From: an uncultured Gemmatimonadota bacterium
Lineage (GTDB): Bacteria > Gemmatimonadota > Gemmatimonadetes > Palauibacterales > Palauibacteraceae
Direction of reading: 5' to 3'
Length of the DNA: 64,000 bases
Assembly (NCBI GenBank): GCA_964518305.1
Contig: CAZFDK010000009.1
Span: 13,754 to 77,753, forward strand
Positions 39,331 through 50,385 of the stretch are shown in pieces (positions within the stretch are counted from its first letter, which is position 1; each line of letters opens with the position of its first letter). Below the pieces are notes generated by a model. It was not told the origin of the DNA and did no database searches. It was given only the letters and a program-made list of their open reading frames with translations. Position numbers and translations under genes: made by a program.

Positions 39331-40683
39331 TCAGCCGGCCTCCGGCAGGTAGAGCCGGAAGACGGATCCCTCGGAGGAGGCGCGATGGACGAGCAGGTCG
39401 CCGCACTGGAGCTGGGCCAGGCGCCGGGCGATGGCGAGGCCGAGACCCGTGCCACCGGCGGTGCGGCTGAGCACGTCCGTCGCCTGCTCGAAGGGCTCGA
39501 ACACCCGCTCCACGTCCTGGAGGGCCAGGCCGGCGCCCGTGTCGCTCACGTCGAAGCCGACGAATTCCCGCTCCCCCCTTCCGGTCTCGGATGCGTTCGG
39601 CGGCTCCGCGCGCCGCACGGTGACCCCGATCGTGCCGCCGTCGCTGTACTTGACCGCGTTGGCGAGCAGCTTCAGGAGGATCTGTCGGCAGCGCGCGAAG
39701 TCGGCTTCCACCTCCACCTCCTCCGGCACGGATACAGCGAGCTCCAGCTCGGCGTCCTCGGCCACAGCCGACGAGATCGTCTCCGCGGCCTCCTCCACCA
39801 GGTCCGCCGGCCGGAACCGCTGGATCTCCAGCTCCGGGTCACCGGTCTCGATCTTCGCGAAGTCGATCATGTCGTTGATCAGCGACAGCAGCCCCCGACC
39901 CGCCTCCAGCGACCGGTCGACGCAGTCCCTCTGCTCGTCGGTGAGAGGGCCGCGCAGCTCGGCCTCGAGCAGGGACAGCTGGCTGAGGATCACATTGAGC
40001 GGCGTCCGGAGCTCGTGGCTCACCAGGGCCAGCACGCGGGATTTGGTCTCCAGCTCGGATCGCAGGAACCGGTTGGCCTGCTCCACGGTGCGGACGCGGC
40101 TCAGCGGGGTGACGAACCACACGTACCGTCGCTGGTCGGGCGACAGCGAGACGCTCACGCCCCGGAGGAGGACCGACCGCTCCTCGCCCTCCCGGTCCAC
40201 GAGCTCCGCTTCCATGCGGGCGCTGCTCACGGTGGACAGCATGGTCCGGAGCTCCGCGAAGCTCGGGAGCTCCATGAGACCCAGGGCGCGGTCCGCCGGC
40301 TCGCCCACGAGCCCGGCGGGCTCGGACCCGGCGGCCGCCGCGAGCCCGCGGCTGATGAAGCGGATCGTCCCCGCGTCGTCGGCGATCAGGGCGTCGTCCC
40401 GGGTGCCCTCGAGCAGGGCGCGGCACAGGGCCGCCTCCTCGGGCTCCTCCAGCGCCGCCGGCGAGCGTGGGGGCGACTCGCCGGATCCGTCGGTCGAGGT
40501 CGGTGCGCCCACCTGCCACCCCCGCTCCCGGGCCCGGGCCAGCAACCGCTCCCGCTCCTCCTCGTCCTGAGGGCGGACCACGACGGGGGCGGGCTCGGGG
40601 CTCGAACCGGTGTCTGAGGTCAACGGGAAGTGGCTGGCTGGGAGGAGGTGAGCGCGGTGAGGCCGAACGCCTCTCGGACCCAA
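39331..40683 (-). CDS. PAS-domain sensor histidine kinase (start uncertain)
   Basis: VSHELRTPLN H-box, RQIL.KLLANAVKYS N-box, VSDTGAG, FEPFEQ, GGTGLGL. Confidence 0.92.
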   Translation of the reverse strand: MGPRGVRPHRAHLLPASHFPLTSDTGSSPEPAPVVVRPQDEEERERLLARARERGWQVGAPTSTDGSGESPPRSPAALEEPEEAALCRALLEGTRDDALIADDAGTIRFISRGLAAAAGSEPAGLVGEPADRALGLMELPSFAELRTMLSTVSSARMEAELVDREGEERSVLLRGVSVSLSPDQRRYVWFVTPLSRVRTVEQANRFLRSELETKSRVLALVSHELRTPLNVILSQLSLLEAELRGPLTDEQRDCVDRSLEAGRGLLSLINDMIDFAKIETGDPELEIQRFRPADLVEEAAETISSAVAEDAELELAVSVPEEVEVEADFARCRQILLKLLANAVKYSDGGTIGVTVRRAEPPNASETGRGEREFVGFDVSDTGAGLALQDVERVFEPFEQATDVLSRTAGGTGLGLAIARRLAQLQCGDLLVHRASSEGSVFRLYLPEAG

Positions 40684-40732
40684 ATAGTGGCAAGAGGCGG
40701 GCCAGGCCCGGCCCGGCGCGTCGCCCTCCCGG

Positions 40733-41149
40733 TCAGACGCCGGGGAAGAGGTCCTCCTGGGAGTCGTCCCCGGCCTCGCCGGGATTGCCCTCGCGGTCGC
40801 CGGTCACGGACTCCAGCCGGCGGATCCAGTGCTCCAGGTCGAGCCCGCCCTCGCTGCGCAGCATTCGACGAAGGACCGGTGAGAGCCCGCGCAGGCGCTC
40901 CAGGAGATCGGAGGCCGCCTCCCGCGCCTCCAGGGCCCGGGAGCTCTCCCCCGCTTCGGACTGCATGTCCTCCAGGATCGCCTCCTCCGTGCGGGAGGCG
41001 ATGATCGGGTCCGACTGCCCCTCGACGAAGACCTTCGTCCGGCGGCCGGGTCCGCGGTCCTCCTCGACGGGGACAAGACCCGTGATGCCGTCGGCCCGCC
41101 AGTATTTCCCGTATCCGAGGTGTACCATCCGTCCGGACCTGATCTCCAC
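40733..41149 (-). CDS. Hypothetical protein with distant RemA/DUF370-like N-terminal domain
   Basis: VHLGYGKY.RAD.I.GLV and GRRTKVFV..SDPIIAS resemble RemA motifs; typical codon usage and an upstream GGAGG. Confidence 0.55.
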   Translation of the reverse strand: MEIRSGRMVHLGYGKYWRADGITGLVPVEEDRGPGRRTKVFVEGQSDPIIASRTEEAILEDMQSEAGESSRALEAREAASDLLERLRGLSPVLRRMLRSEGGLDLEHWIRRLESVTGDREGNPGEAGDDSQEDLFPGV

Positions 41150-41213
41150 GGAAACGACACCTCCGGTGGAAGCGGGGTCTTCGGCGACCTGTTCGCGGCG
41201 AGCGACGCCGGTG

Positions 41214-41243
41214 AATGTGGAGCACGCCGTCGAGGGGTGTCAA
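41214..41243 (-). promoter_or_regulatory. Possible sigma-70 promoter for the RemA-like/kinase operon
   Basis: Minus strand TTGACA-N18-CACATT. Confidence 0.4.
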
Positions 41244-41348
41244 GAAAGGCCCCGCGTCGCCTATCATTGCAGTTCGCCCCGGGCTCGCCCGGGAGGACGC
41301 GGCCCGGCGCGGGCCACCGCACTCGAAGCAGAGCGGACGGGAAGATCC

Positions 41349-43640
<2,292 letters not shown>

Positions 43641-43785
43641 GGACATTCCCGACGCCGGGCGTAGACCGACGCGCCCGTCGACTCCCCCGCCGGTCCCGAC
43701 GGGGGAACCGTCCCGGTCGCGTCCCGCGCCCCGGGCCGAACGGACCGATACGACACGAGCGCCACATTTCGAGGAGCTGACACAG

Positions 43786-45303
43786 GTGAAGATCGCCGCC
43801 GACCCGAATCCACCGAACAGAAGCGTCATCGAGAACCCGAGCCGGGAAGAGCTCCGGGAGCTCGCCAGCCACCACGAGACCACCACCGAGTACGGTAGCG
43901 CGGCCTTCGTGACCGAGGCCCGGTCTCGCACCGCAGAGGCCACACGAAGCACGGTGGACGGCGAGGTCACCGAGGAGGATCTGGCCACCATCGATCGGGT
44001 CCACCAGTACCTGGAGGACGCGCAGCTGATTCGGCTCGACCGGAAGATCGGGACGGAGAACCGCTACGGCTCGTATCACTGCCGGCTCTTCGTGACGAAG
44101 GAGTTCGCTCGCCTGGCGCTCATGCTCCACGGAAGCCTGGAGCCGGCGGAAGACCCGGAGGGCGAGCCGGACTTCGTGACCATCGACGTCCCGGAGTGGC
44201 CCGGCGACCGTGCCATCCTGGTCGACACGGAGACGGGCGCCACCTACGTGCTCAACTCCGACTACTTCGGCGAGATCAAGAAGTCCTTCCTCCGGCAGAC
44301 CATGTACCGTGCGAAGCAGGACGGCCACCTGGGCCTGCACGCCGGGAGCAAGGTGGTCCGGGCGCGGAGCAGCGAGACGGGCGATCTCCGGGACCGCGGC
44401 TACCTCTTCTTCGGCCTCAGCGGGACCGGGAAGACCAGCCTCACCTGCCACGACTACGAGATGGACACCGAGGAGGGCGAGCTCGTCCGGGTCCGGCAGG
44501 ACGACGTCGTGGTGCTCACCGAGGACGCCTTCTGCAAGGGCACCGAGGGCGGCGGCTTCTACATCAAGACCGACGGGCTGAGCCCCGACGACCAGGAGGC
44601 CCTGTACCAGGCGGCCATCAGCTCGAAGGCCCTCATGGAGAACGTGTGGGTGGAGGACGACGGGACGGTGGACTTCTTCAACTCGAAGCTCACCAAGAAC
44701 GGGCGGGCCATCGTCCCCATCAACGAGGTGAAGAACACCGACGACACCATCGACGTCCCGGATATCACGGACATCTTCTTCATCACGCGGAATCCGCTCG
44801 TCCCGGCCGTCGGCCGGCTCACGCCCGAGCAGGCGGCGGTGGCCTTCATGCTCGGTGAGTCGATCAAGACCTCCGCCGCGGATCCCGACGCCGAGGGCGA
44901 GCAGGTGCGTGTCGTGGGCACGAACCCCTTCATCGTCGGCCCCGCCGGTGAGGAGGGGGACATCTTCCATGACCTCCTGACCCAGAACCCGGACCTCCAC
45001 TGCTACATCCTCAACACCGGGCGCATCGGCGAGGGGGACCAGGCCGCCGACATCAGGATCCAGGACACCGTGGCCATCCTCCGGGCCATCGCCCGGGAGG
45101 CCGTGGAGTGGACCGGGGACGAGACCCTGGGCTTCGAGGTCCCCGAGTCGGTGCCCCACGTGGCGCCGTCGAAGTTCCGCCTGCGGGATCACTACGAGCA
45201 GGAGGAGCTGGATCGGAAGCTCGGCGAGCTCCGGAGCCAGCGCCGGGAGTGGCTGGACGGCTTCAGGGAGTTCCCCGACCACCTGGCGGAGGCGCTGTAC
45301 TGA
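43786..45303 (+). CDS. pckA: Phosphoenolpyruvate carboxykinase (ATP)
   Basis: DYFGEIKKSFLR, LHAG, FFGLSGTGKTSL, QDD, EGGGFYIKT, ENV, NGR, NPF, LNTG; GTG after GAGGAG. Confidence 0.92.
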   Translation: MKIAADPNPPNRSVIENPSREELRELASHHETTTEYGSAAFVTEARSRTAEATRSTVDGEVTEEDLATIDRVHQYLEDAQLIRLDRKIGTENRYGSYHCRLFVTKEFARLALMLHGSLEPAEDPEGEPDFVTIDVPEWPGDRAILVDTETGATYVLNSDYFGEIKKSFLRQTMYRAKQDGHLGLHAGSKVVRARSSETGDLRDRGYLFFGLSGTGKTSLTCHDYEMDTEEGELVRVRQDDVVVLTEDAFCKGTEGGGFYIKTDGLSPDDQEALYQAAISSKALMENVWVEDDGTVDFFNSKLTKNGRAIVPINEVKNTDDTIDVPDITDIFFITRNPLVPAVGRLTPEQAAVAFMLGESIKTSAADPDAEGEQVRVVGTNPFIVGPAGEEGDIFHDLLTQNPDLHCYILNTGRIGEGDQAADIRIQDTVAILRAIAREAVEWTGDETLGFEVPESVPHVAPSKFRLRDHYEQEELDRKLGELRSQRREWLDGFREFPDHLAEALY

Positions 45304-45325
45304 CGGCCGACCCGTCGACGGCCCG

Positions 45326-46663
45326 GTGAGCCGAGAGGGGCGGTTGCGGGCCCGGACGGTCCGGGACCCGCTGTGGCAGAACATCCGCCTGGCCCCCGAG
45401 GCCGCCGCGGTGGTGGACACGCCGGAGTTCCAGAGGCTCCGGCGTGTGAAGCAGCTGGGCCTCGCCCACCTGGTCTATCCAGGGGCCGTCCACACCCGCT
45501 TCCTGCACGCGCTGGGCGTCTACCACCTCACCCGGCGCGCCCTCTCGCGCCTGGACGAGAACGGCGAGCTGAATCTGCTGACGCCGGGCGAGCGCGAGGT
45601 CCTGCCCGTGATCGCCCTGGCGGCGCTCCTCCACGACGTCGGCCACTACGCCTTCTCCCACGCCATGGAGGAGCTCGAGACCGGGTGGATCCCGGGCCAC
45701 CACGAGGAGGTAGCCGAGCGCTTCCTCACCGCCCCCTCCATACAGCGGGCCCTGAAGCGCGTCCACCCGGACGCTCCGGCCCGCATCGACGAGCTGATCC
45801 GCGGCGAGTCCTCCCATCCGCTGCAGGGTCTGGTGGCGGGGTCCCTGGATCTGGACAAGATCGACTACCTCCGCCGGGACTCCCTCTTCTGCGGTGTGCC
45901 CTACGGCAACGTCGACGTGGACCGCCTGCTGGACGCGCTCACCGTGGCGCGTCATCCCGACGGCGACGGTCCCGAGGTCGCCGTCACCGAGAAGGGCATC
46001 TCGGCACTGGAGTCGCTGCTCTTCTCCAAGTACCAGATGTTCCGGAACGTCTACTGGCACCACGCCGTGCGCGCGGCCACCGCCGCCTTCCGCCGGCTGG
46101 TGGAGACGGCGCTGGAAGCCAGCCTCCTCTCCCGGGACGAGCTTCCCGGCCGCACCGACGATCAGCTGATGAACCTCCTCGGACGCCGGGCGTCGGAAGA
46201 GGACTCCGACGTGGTGAGCCGTCTGCGCGGGGCGCTGATGGACCGACGGCTTCCGAAGCGTCTGATCGAGCTCTTCGGCGACGAGCTGCCGGACGGCATC
46301 GCACCCTGGGTGGAGAGCCGCCCGTCGCTGGTCCGAAAGCTGGAGCGAAGGCTCGAGAAGGACTGGGGGCGCGAGCCCGGGACCGTGTTCATCGACTACC
46401 CTTCTTATCCCGGCATGCTGGAGCTCCGCATCCTGCTGGTCCGGCGGAGCGGCGACGTGCAGCGCCTGACCTCCTCGGGGGAGAAGGGGCTCATCGACCT
46501 GCCCCGCCTCGGGCGCTCCCTGCACCATGCCGCCCGCGTCTTCCGCGTCTTCTCACTGGACCCGACGCCGGAGCGCAAGGATCCGGGCCCGCTGCTGGAG
46601 CTGCTGGAGGCATCGGCGGGGGAGGTCGAGCAGCGGCTGGAGACGGACCGGGCGCTGTACTGA
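45326..46663 (+). CDS. HD-domain phosphohydrolase (dNTP triphosphohydrolase / SAMHD1-like)
   Basis: FQRLRRVKQLG, YPGAVHTRF.HALG, LLHDVGH..FSH, DLDKIDYL.RDS, VYWHH. Confidence 0.9.
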   Translation: MSREGRLRARTVRDPLWQNIRLAPEAAAVVDTPEFQRLRRVKQLGLAHLVYPGAVHTRFLHALGVYHLTRRALSRLDENGELNLLTPGEREVLPVIALAALLHDVGHYAFSHAMEELETGWIPGHHEEVAERFLTAPSIQRALKRVHPDAPARIDELIRGESSHPLQGLVAGSLDLDKIDYLRRDSLFCGVPYGNVDVDRLLDALTVARHPDGDGPEVAVTEKGISALESLLFSKYQMFRNVYWHHAVRAATAAFRRLVETALEASLLSRDELPGRTDDQLMNLLGRRASEEDSDVVSRLRGALMDRRLPKRLIELFGDELPDGIAPWVESRPSLVRKLERRLEKDWGREPGTVFIDYPSYPGMLELRILLVRRSGDVQRLTSSGEKGLIDLPRLGRSLHHAARVFRVFSLDPTPERKDPGPLLELLEASAGEVEQRLETDRALY

Positions 46664-46679
46664 GTTCCCGCCTGCCGCG

Positions 46680-47435
46680 CTACGGATCCTGGCCGCAGAA
46701 CCGCACCAGCACCACGGTGATGTTGTCCCGACCGCCGCTCCGGTTCGCGGCACTGACCAGCCGGTCGGCCAGGTCGTCGAGGTTGGCTTCGGGTCCGGGG
46801 GCCGACTCTGAGAGCAGCGACTCGAGCTCGGCATGCGGTAGCATGTCGGTGAGCCCGTCGGAGCAGAGCAGATACAGGTCGCCGGCTTCAGCCCGACCCT
46901 CCTCCACGTCCACCTCCACGTCCCGGGACGTGCCGAGGGCGCGCTCCAGGACGCTGGACATGGGGTGCCGGCGCGCTTCCTCTCGGGTGAGTTCCCCGGC
47001 GGCGACCCGCTTTCCGACCCAGGAGTGGTCGGTGGTGACCTGCCGCAGCTCGTCGTCGCGGCAGAGGTAGGCCCGGCTGTCGCCCACGTGGCCGATTCGC
47101 CACCGGCCGTCGGGGGCGAGCGTCAGGGCGGTGAGGGTGGTCCCCATGCCGGAGCGGCCGGGATTCTCGTCCGCGTCGCGCAGGATCGTGCGGTTGGCCT
47201 CTCGCACGACCTCGGTCACCTGCTCGGCAGGAGGGAGGCCGCCGTCGCCGGCGAGGCGTTGCTCCAGCGTCTCCACGGCCAGCCGGGAGGCGATCTCGCC
47301 GGCGGCGTGTCCTCCCATGCCGTCGGCGACGGCGAAAAGGCCGTCCTCGGGGAGCTCCAGGACCGAGTCCTCGTTGCTGTCCCGCACGCGTCCCCTGTCG
47401 GACACGGCTGCCGCGCTCCAGTTTTTATCGTCCAT
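46680..47435 (-). CDS. PP2C-family Ser/Thr protein phosphatase (Stp1/PrpC-like)
   Basis: GRVRDSNED, VADGMGGH.AGE.AS, GMGTT, HVGDSRAY, LLCSDGL, GGRDNIT. Confidence 0.95.
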   Translation of the reverse strand: MDDKNWSAAAVSDRGRVRDSNEDSVLELPEDGLFAVADGMGGHAAGEIASRLAVETLEQRLAGDGGLPPAEQVTEVVREANRTILRDADENPGRSGMGTTLTALTLAPDGRWRIGHVGDSRAYLCRDDELRQVTTDHSWVGKRVAAGELTREEARRHPMSSVLERALGTSRDVEVDVEEGRAEAGDLYLLCSDGLTDMLPHAELESLLSESAPGPEANLDDLADRLVSAANRSGGRDNITVVLVRFCGQDP

Positions 47436-47590
47436 CCGATCGGGGGGTCGGGGGAACGATCGTCGGGCCGGTCGGGTTCACCTATCGAGCAGAGACCGGG
47501 CCAGGCGAGGGGCACGTGTGTGACCCGCACGAGGCTCGCAGCCCCCGGTGCCGCGACCTCGAATTCCGCACCCACACCGTCCGGAGCAGG

Positions 47591-48532
47591 ATGGCTTCTG
47601 GTGGTCTTCCCGTCGTGGACGAGCAGGACTCCCGCACAGAGACCGCGGGTGCTCCCGAGGTGGAGCTCGAGCACCTCGACACCCTCTGGTTCCAGGTCAC
47701 CGGCACGATCTGCAACCTGGAATGCTCCCACTGCTTCATCTCCTGTTCGCCGGACAACCACACCCTGGAGTTCCTGGAGCTGGAGACGGTCCTGGACTGG
47801 GTGGAGCGCTCGAGCGCGTGGGGCGTGAAGGAGTTCTACGTCACCGGGGGCGAGCCCTTCATGCACCGGGACCTGGCGACGATGCTGGAGGCCATGCTGC
47901 AGCGTGGCCCTGCCTCGGTGCTCACCAACGGCACCCTGCTGCGGGAGAAGACCCTCGACCGCCTGGCCGAGGCCCACGAGGAGTCGCGGTACTCGCTGGA
48001 GGTCCGGGTGAGCATCGATGGCCCGAACCCCGAGATGAACGACCCGATCCGCGGCGAGGGCAACTTCGAGCGGGCCATGGAGGGGGTTCGCAAGCTGCTG
48101 GACCACGGCTTCCTCCCCATCGTCACCGCCACCCAGGTCTGGGATCAGGAGGAGGACGAGGCCGTCCGCCGGGAGTTCATGGAGAATCTTCGGGCGCAGG
48201 GCTACGAGAACCCCCGCCTGAAGATCCTCCCCTCCATCAAGACCGGCCGCGAGGCCGCCCGCAGCCGCGGCTACGGCGAGGGCGAGCGAGTGACGGCGGC
48301 CATGATGGAGGGCTACGACGAGGAGCAGCTCATCTGCTCCAGCGCACGGGTCGTGACCAGCGAGGGCGTCCACGTGTGCCCGATCCTGGTGGACCAGCCC
48401 GACTCGCTCATGGGCCAGACCATGGAGGAGGCCGATGAGCCCTTCGAGCTGAAGCACCAGGCGTGCTACACCTGCTGGCTTCACGGCGCCATCTGCTCGA
48501 ACTACGGCGGCATCGGCGAGGAGGTGACCTGA
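47591..48532 (+). CDS. Radical SAM protein with C-terminal Cys-rich domain
   Basis: CNLECSHC (CX3CX2C), TGGEPF, TNG, SIDG, C-terminal CSSAR..VCP..CYTC..C. Confidence 0.9.
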   Translation: MASGGLPVVDEQDSRTETAGAPEVELEHLDTLWFQVTGTICNLECSHCFISCSPDNHTLEFLELETVLDWVERSSAWGVKEFYVTGGEPFMHRDLATMLEAMLQRGPASVLTNGTLLREKTLDRLAEAHEESRYSLEVRVSIDGPNPEMNDPIRGEGNFERAMEGVRKLLDHGFLPIVTATQVWDQEEDEAVRREFMENLRAQGYENPRLKILPSIKTGREAARSRGYGEGERVTAAMMEGYDEEQLICSSARVVTSEGVHVCPILVDQPDSLMGQTMEEADEPFELKHQACYTCWLHGAICSNYGGIGEEVT

Positions 48533-48533
48533 C

Positions 48534-49334
48534 GTGCCCCGTCGGATCGCCGTCTTCGGCGGCGTCTACAGCAACTGGCGCGCCCTGGAGGCGGTGGTGG
48601 AGGACGCGACCCGCCGCGGCGCCGACGACCTCTACTGCCTCGGAGATCTCGGTGCCTTCGGCCCCAACCCGGACAGGATTCCGCCCCGGCTGATCGAGGC
48701 CGACGTGACGACGATCCGGGGCAACTACGACGACTCCATCAGCCGCGGCCTGGACGACTGCCAGTGCGGCTACACCGATCCGCGCGACAACCACTTCGCC
48801 CGGCTCTCCTACCGCTACACCTTTCGGAACACCTCGGAGCGATGGCGGGAGTGGATGGGGACCCTGCCGGAGCAGCTGCGGATCGAGATGAACGGCCGCC
48901 AGGTGCTGATGTGTCACGGCAGTCCGCGACGCATGAACGAGTTCCTCTGGGAGTCCACCAGCTCCACGCAGTTCCTGGAGTGGATGGCGGGGGAGCACGG
49001 CGCCGACGTGGTGCTCTGCACGCACACGGGGATCCACTGGAAGCGGCGGCTCCCGGGCGGCGGCCTGTTCGCCAACGTCGGCTGCATCGGCCGGCCCGCC
49101 AACGACGGGCGCACGGACGTGTGGTACACCCTCCTGACGGCCGGGGACGACCGCGAGGACGACCCGTCCCTGGACGTGAACTTCATCCCGGTATCCTACG
49201 ACCACGAGGCACTGGCCGAGGAGATGCGTCGCGAGGATCTGCCCGAGGAGTTCGTGGAGACGATCCTCACCGGCTGGTGGACCACCTGCCTGGAGGTGCT
49301 GCCGGCCAAGGAGCGCCGCCGCGGCCGGCACTAG
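48534..49334 (+). CDS. Metallophosphoesterase family protein (atypical motif I)
   Basis: CLGD, GNYD, HGSP, THTG, NVG; motif I reads GGVYSN instead of SDIHGN. Confidence 0.8.
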   Translation: MPRRIAVFGGVYSNWRALEAVVEDATRRGADDLYCLGDLGAFGPNPDRIPPRLIEADVTTIRGNYDDSISRGLDDCQCGYTDPRDNHFARLSYRYTFRNTSERWREWMGTLPEQLRIEMNGRQVLMCHGSPRRMNEFLWESTSSTQFLEWMAGEHGADVVLCTHTGIHWKRRLPGGGLFANVGCIGRPANDGRTDVWYTLLTAGDDREDDPSLDVNFIPVSYDHEALAEEMRREDLPEEFVETILTGWWTTCLEVLPAKERRRGRH

Positions 49335-49386
49335 GGCACCCACAACACCCACTTCCCCGGTGGCACCTGCCCGTCGGAGGGGTTCG

Positions 49387-49415
49387 TTGACGCCCCCGGA
49401 CCCCCGGCCTAGCTT
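49387..49415 (+). promoter_or_regulatory. Sigma-70-type promoter for the sigma factor gene
   Basis: TTGACG-N17-TAGCTT. Confidence 0.55.
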
Positions 49416-49487
49416 GGTCGCCCGGGTGCCGCGAGCCGGGCGGCCGCGGCGCCATGAATCTCGGCCAGAGTGCACGTCGACCCTGAC

Positions 49488-50357
49488 ATGTCTACCAACA
49501 CGGCCGGTTCCCGCGCCTCCTCCGGCAGTATCGGCGACGACGTGCTGGATCTGTACCTGGACGACGTCAGCCGCCACGACCTCCTCGATTCCGAAGAGGA
49601 GGAGCGCGTCGCCCGGCGGGCCCGTGCGGGCGACGAGCAGGCCCTCGAGCGCCTGGTCCGGGCGAACCTGCGTTTCGTGATCTCGGTCGCCAAGAAGTAC
49701 AAGAACCGCGGGGTCGCCTTCGAGGACCTCATCCAGGAAGGCAACGTGGGCCTGGTGAAGGCGGCGAAGAAGTTCGATCCCGAGCGGGGCGTGAAGTTCA
49801 TCAGCTACGCCGTGTGGTGGATCCGACAGTCGATCCTCTCGGCCCTGGCGCGCCAGAGCCGCTCGGTCCGCCTCCCGCTCAACCGGGCCACCGAGATGTC
49901 GAGGATGCTCCGCACCCGGAGCGAGCTGCGGCAGGAGCTGGGGAGGGATCCGAAGCCCGAGGAGATCGCCGAGGAGACGGATCTGGACGTCGACACCGTG
50001 GAGATGCTGCAGCGCCTGAACACGGCGGAAGTCCGACTGGACGCCCCCGTGGGCGAGGAGGACGACAGCCACCTGATCGAGCGCTTCTTCGTGGAGGGGC
50101 CCTCCGTGGAGGACGACCTGGAGGAGAAGCTGCTCCACGAACACGTGGTCCAGGCACTCTCCACGATCCGCTCGCGGGACGCCCGCGTGATCCGCCTCTA
50201 CTACGGGCTGCAGGGATCGGAGGAGCACACCCTGGAGGAGATCGGGGGAATACTCGGCGTGACCCGGGAGCGCGTGCGACAGCTCCGGGATCGGGGCCTC
50301 GAGGAGATCCGCTCCGGAGAGCTCGGGCAGATTCTGGCCAGCTACGCCGCGGCCTGA
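49488..50357 (+). CDS. RNA polymerase sigma-70 factor, RpoD/RpoS-like group 2 without region 1.1
   Basis: ANLRFVISVAKKY, DLIQEGNVGL.KA..KFDP, SYAVWWIRQ, TLEEIG..LGVTRERVRQ. Confidence 0.95.
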   Translation: MSTNTAGSRASSGSIGDDVLDLYLDDVSRHDLLDSEEEERVARRARAGDEQALERLVRANLRFVISVAKKYKNRGVAFEDLIQEGNVGLVKAAKKFDPERGVKFISYAVWWIRQSILSALARQSRSVRLPLNRATEMSRMLRTRSELRQELGRDPKPEEIAEETDLDVDTVEMLQRLNTAEVRLDAPVGEEDDSHLIERFFVEGPSVEDDLEEKLLHEHVVQALSTIRSRDARVIRLYYGLQGSEEHTLEEIGGILGVTRERVRQLRDRGLEEIRSGELGQILASYAAA

Positions 50358-50385
50358 GGCTCCAGCACGGAGTTCGGCCGAGGGA

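Noticed and set aside
48530-48536. Possible TGA readthrough fusing the radical SAM and phosphoesterase genes
   Set aside because: The downstream gene is in a different frame and has its own GAGGAGG RBS.
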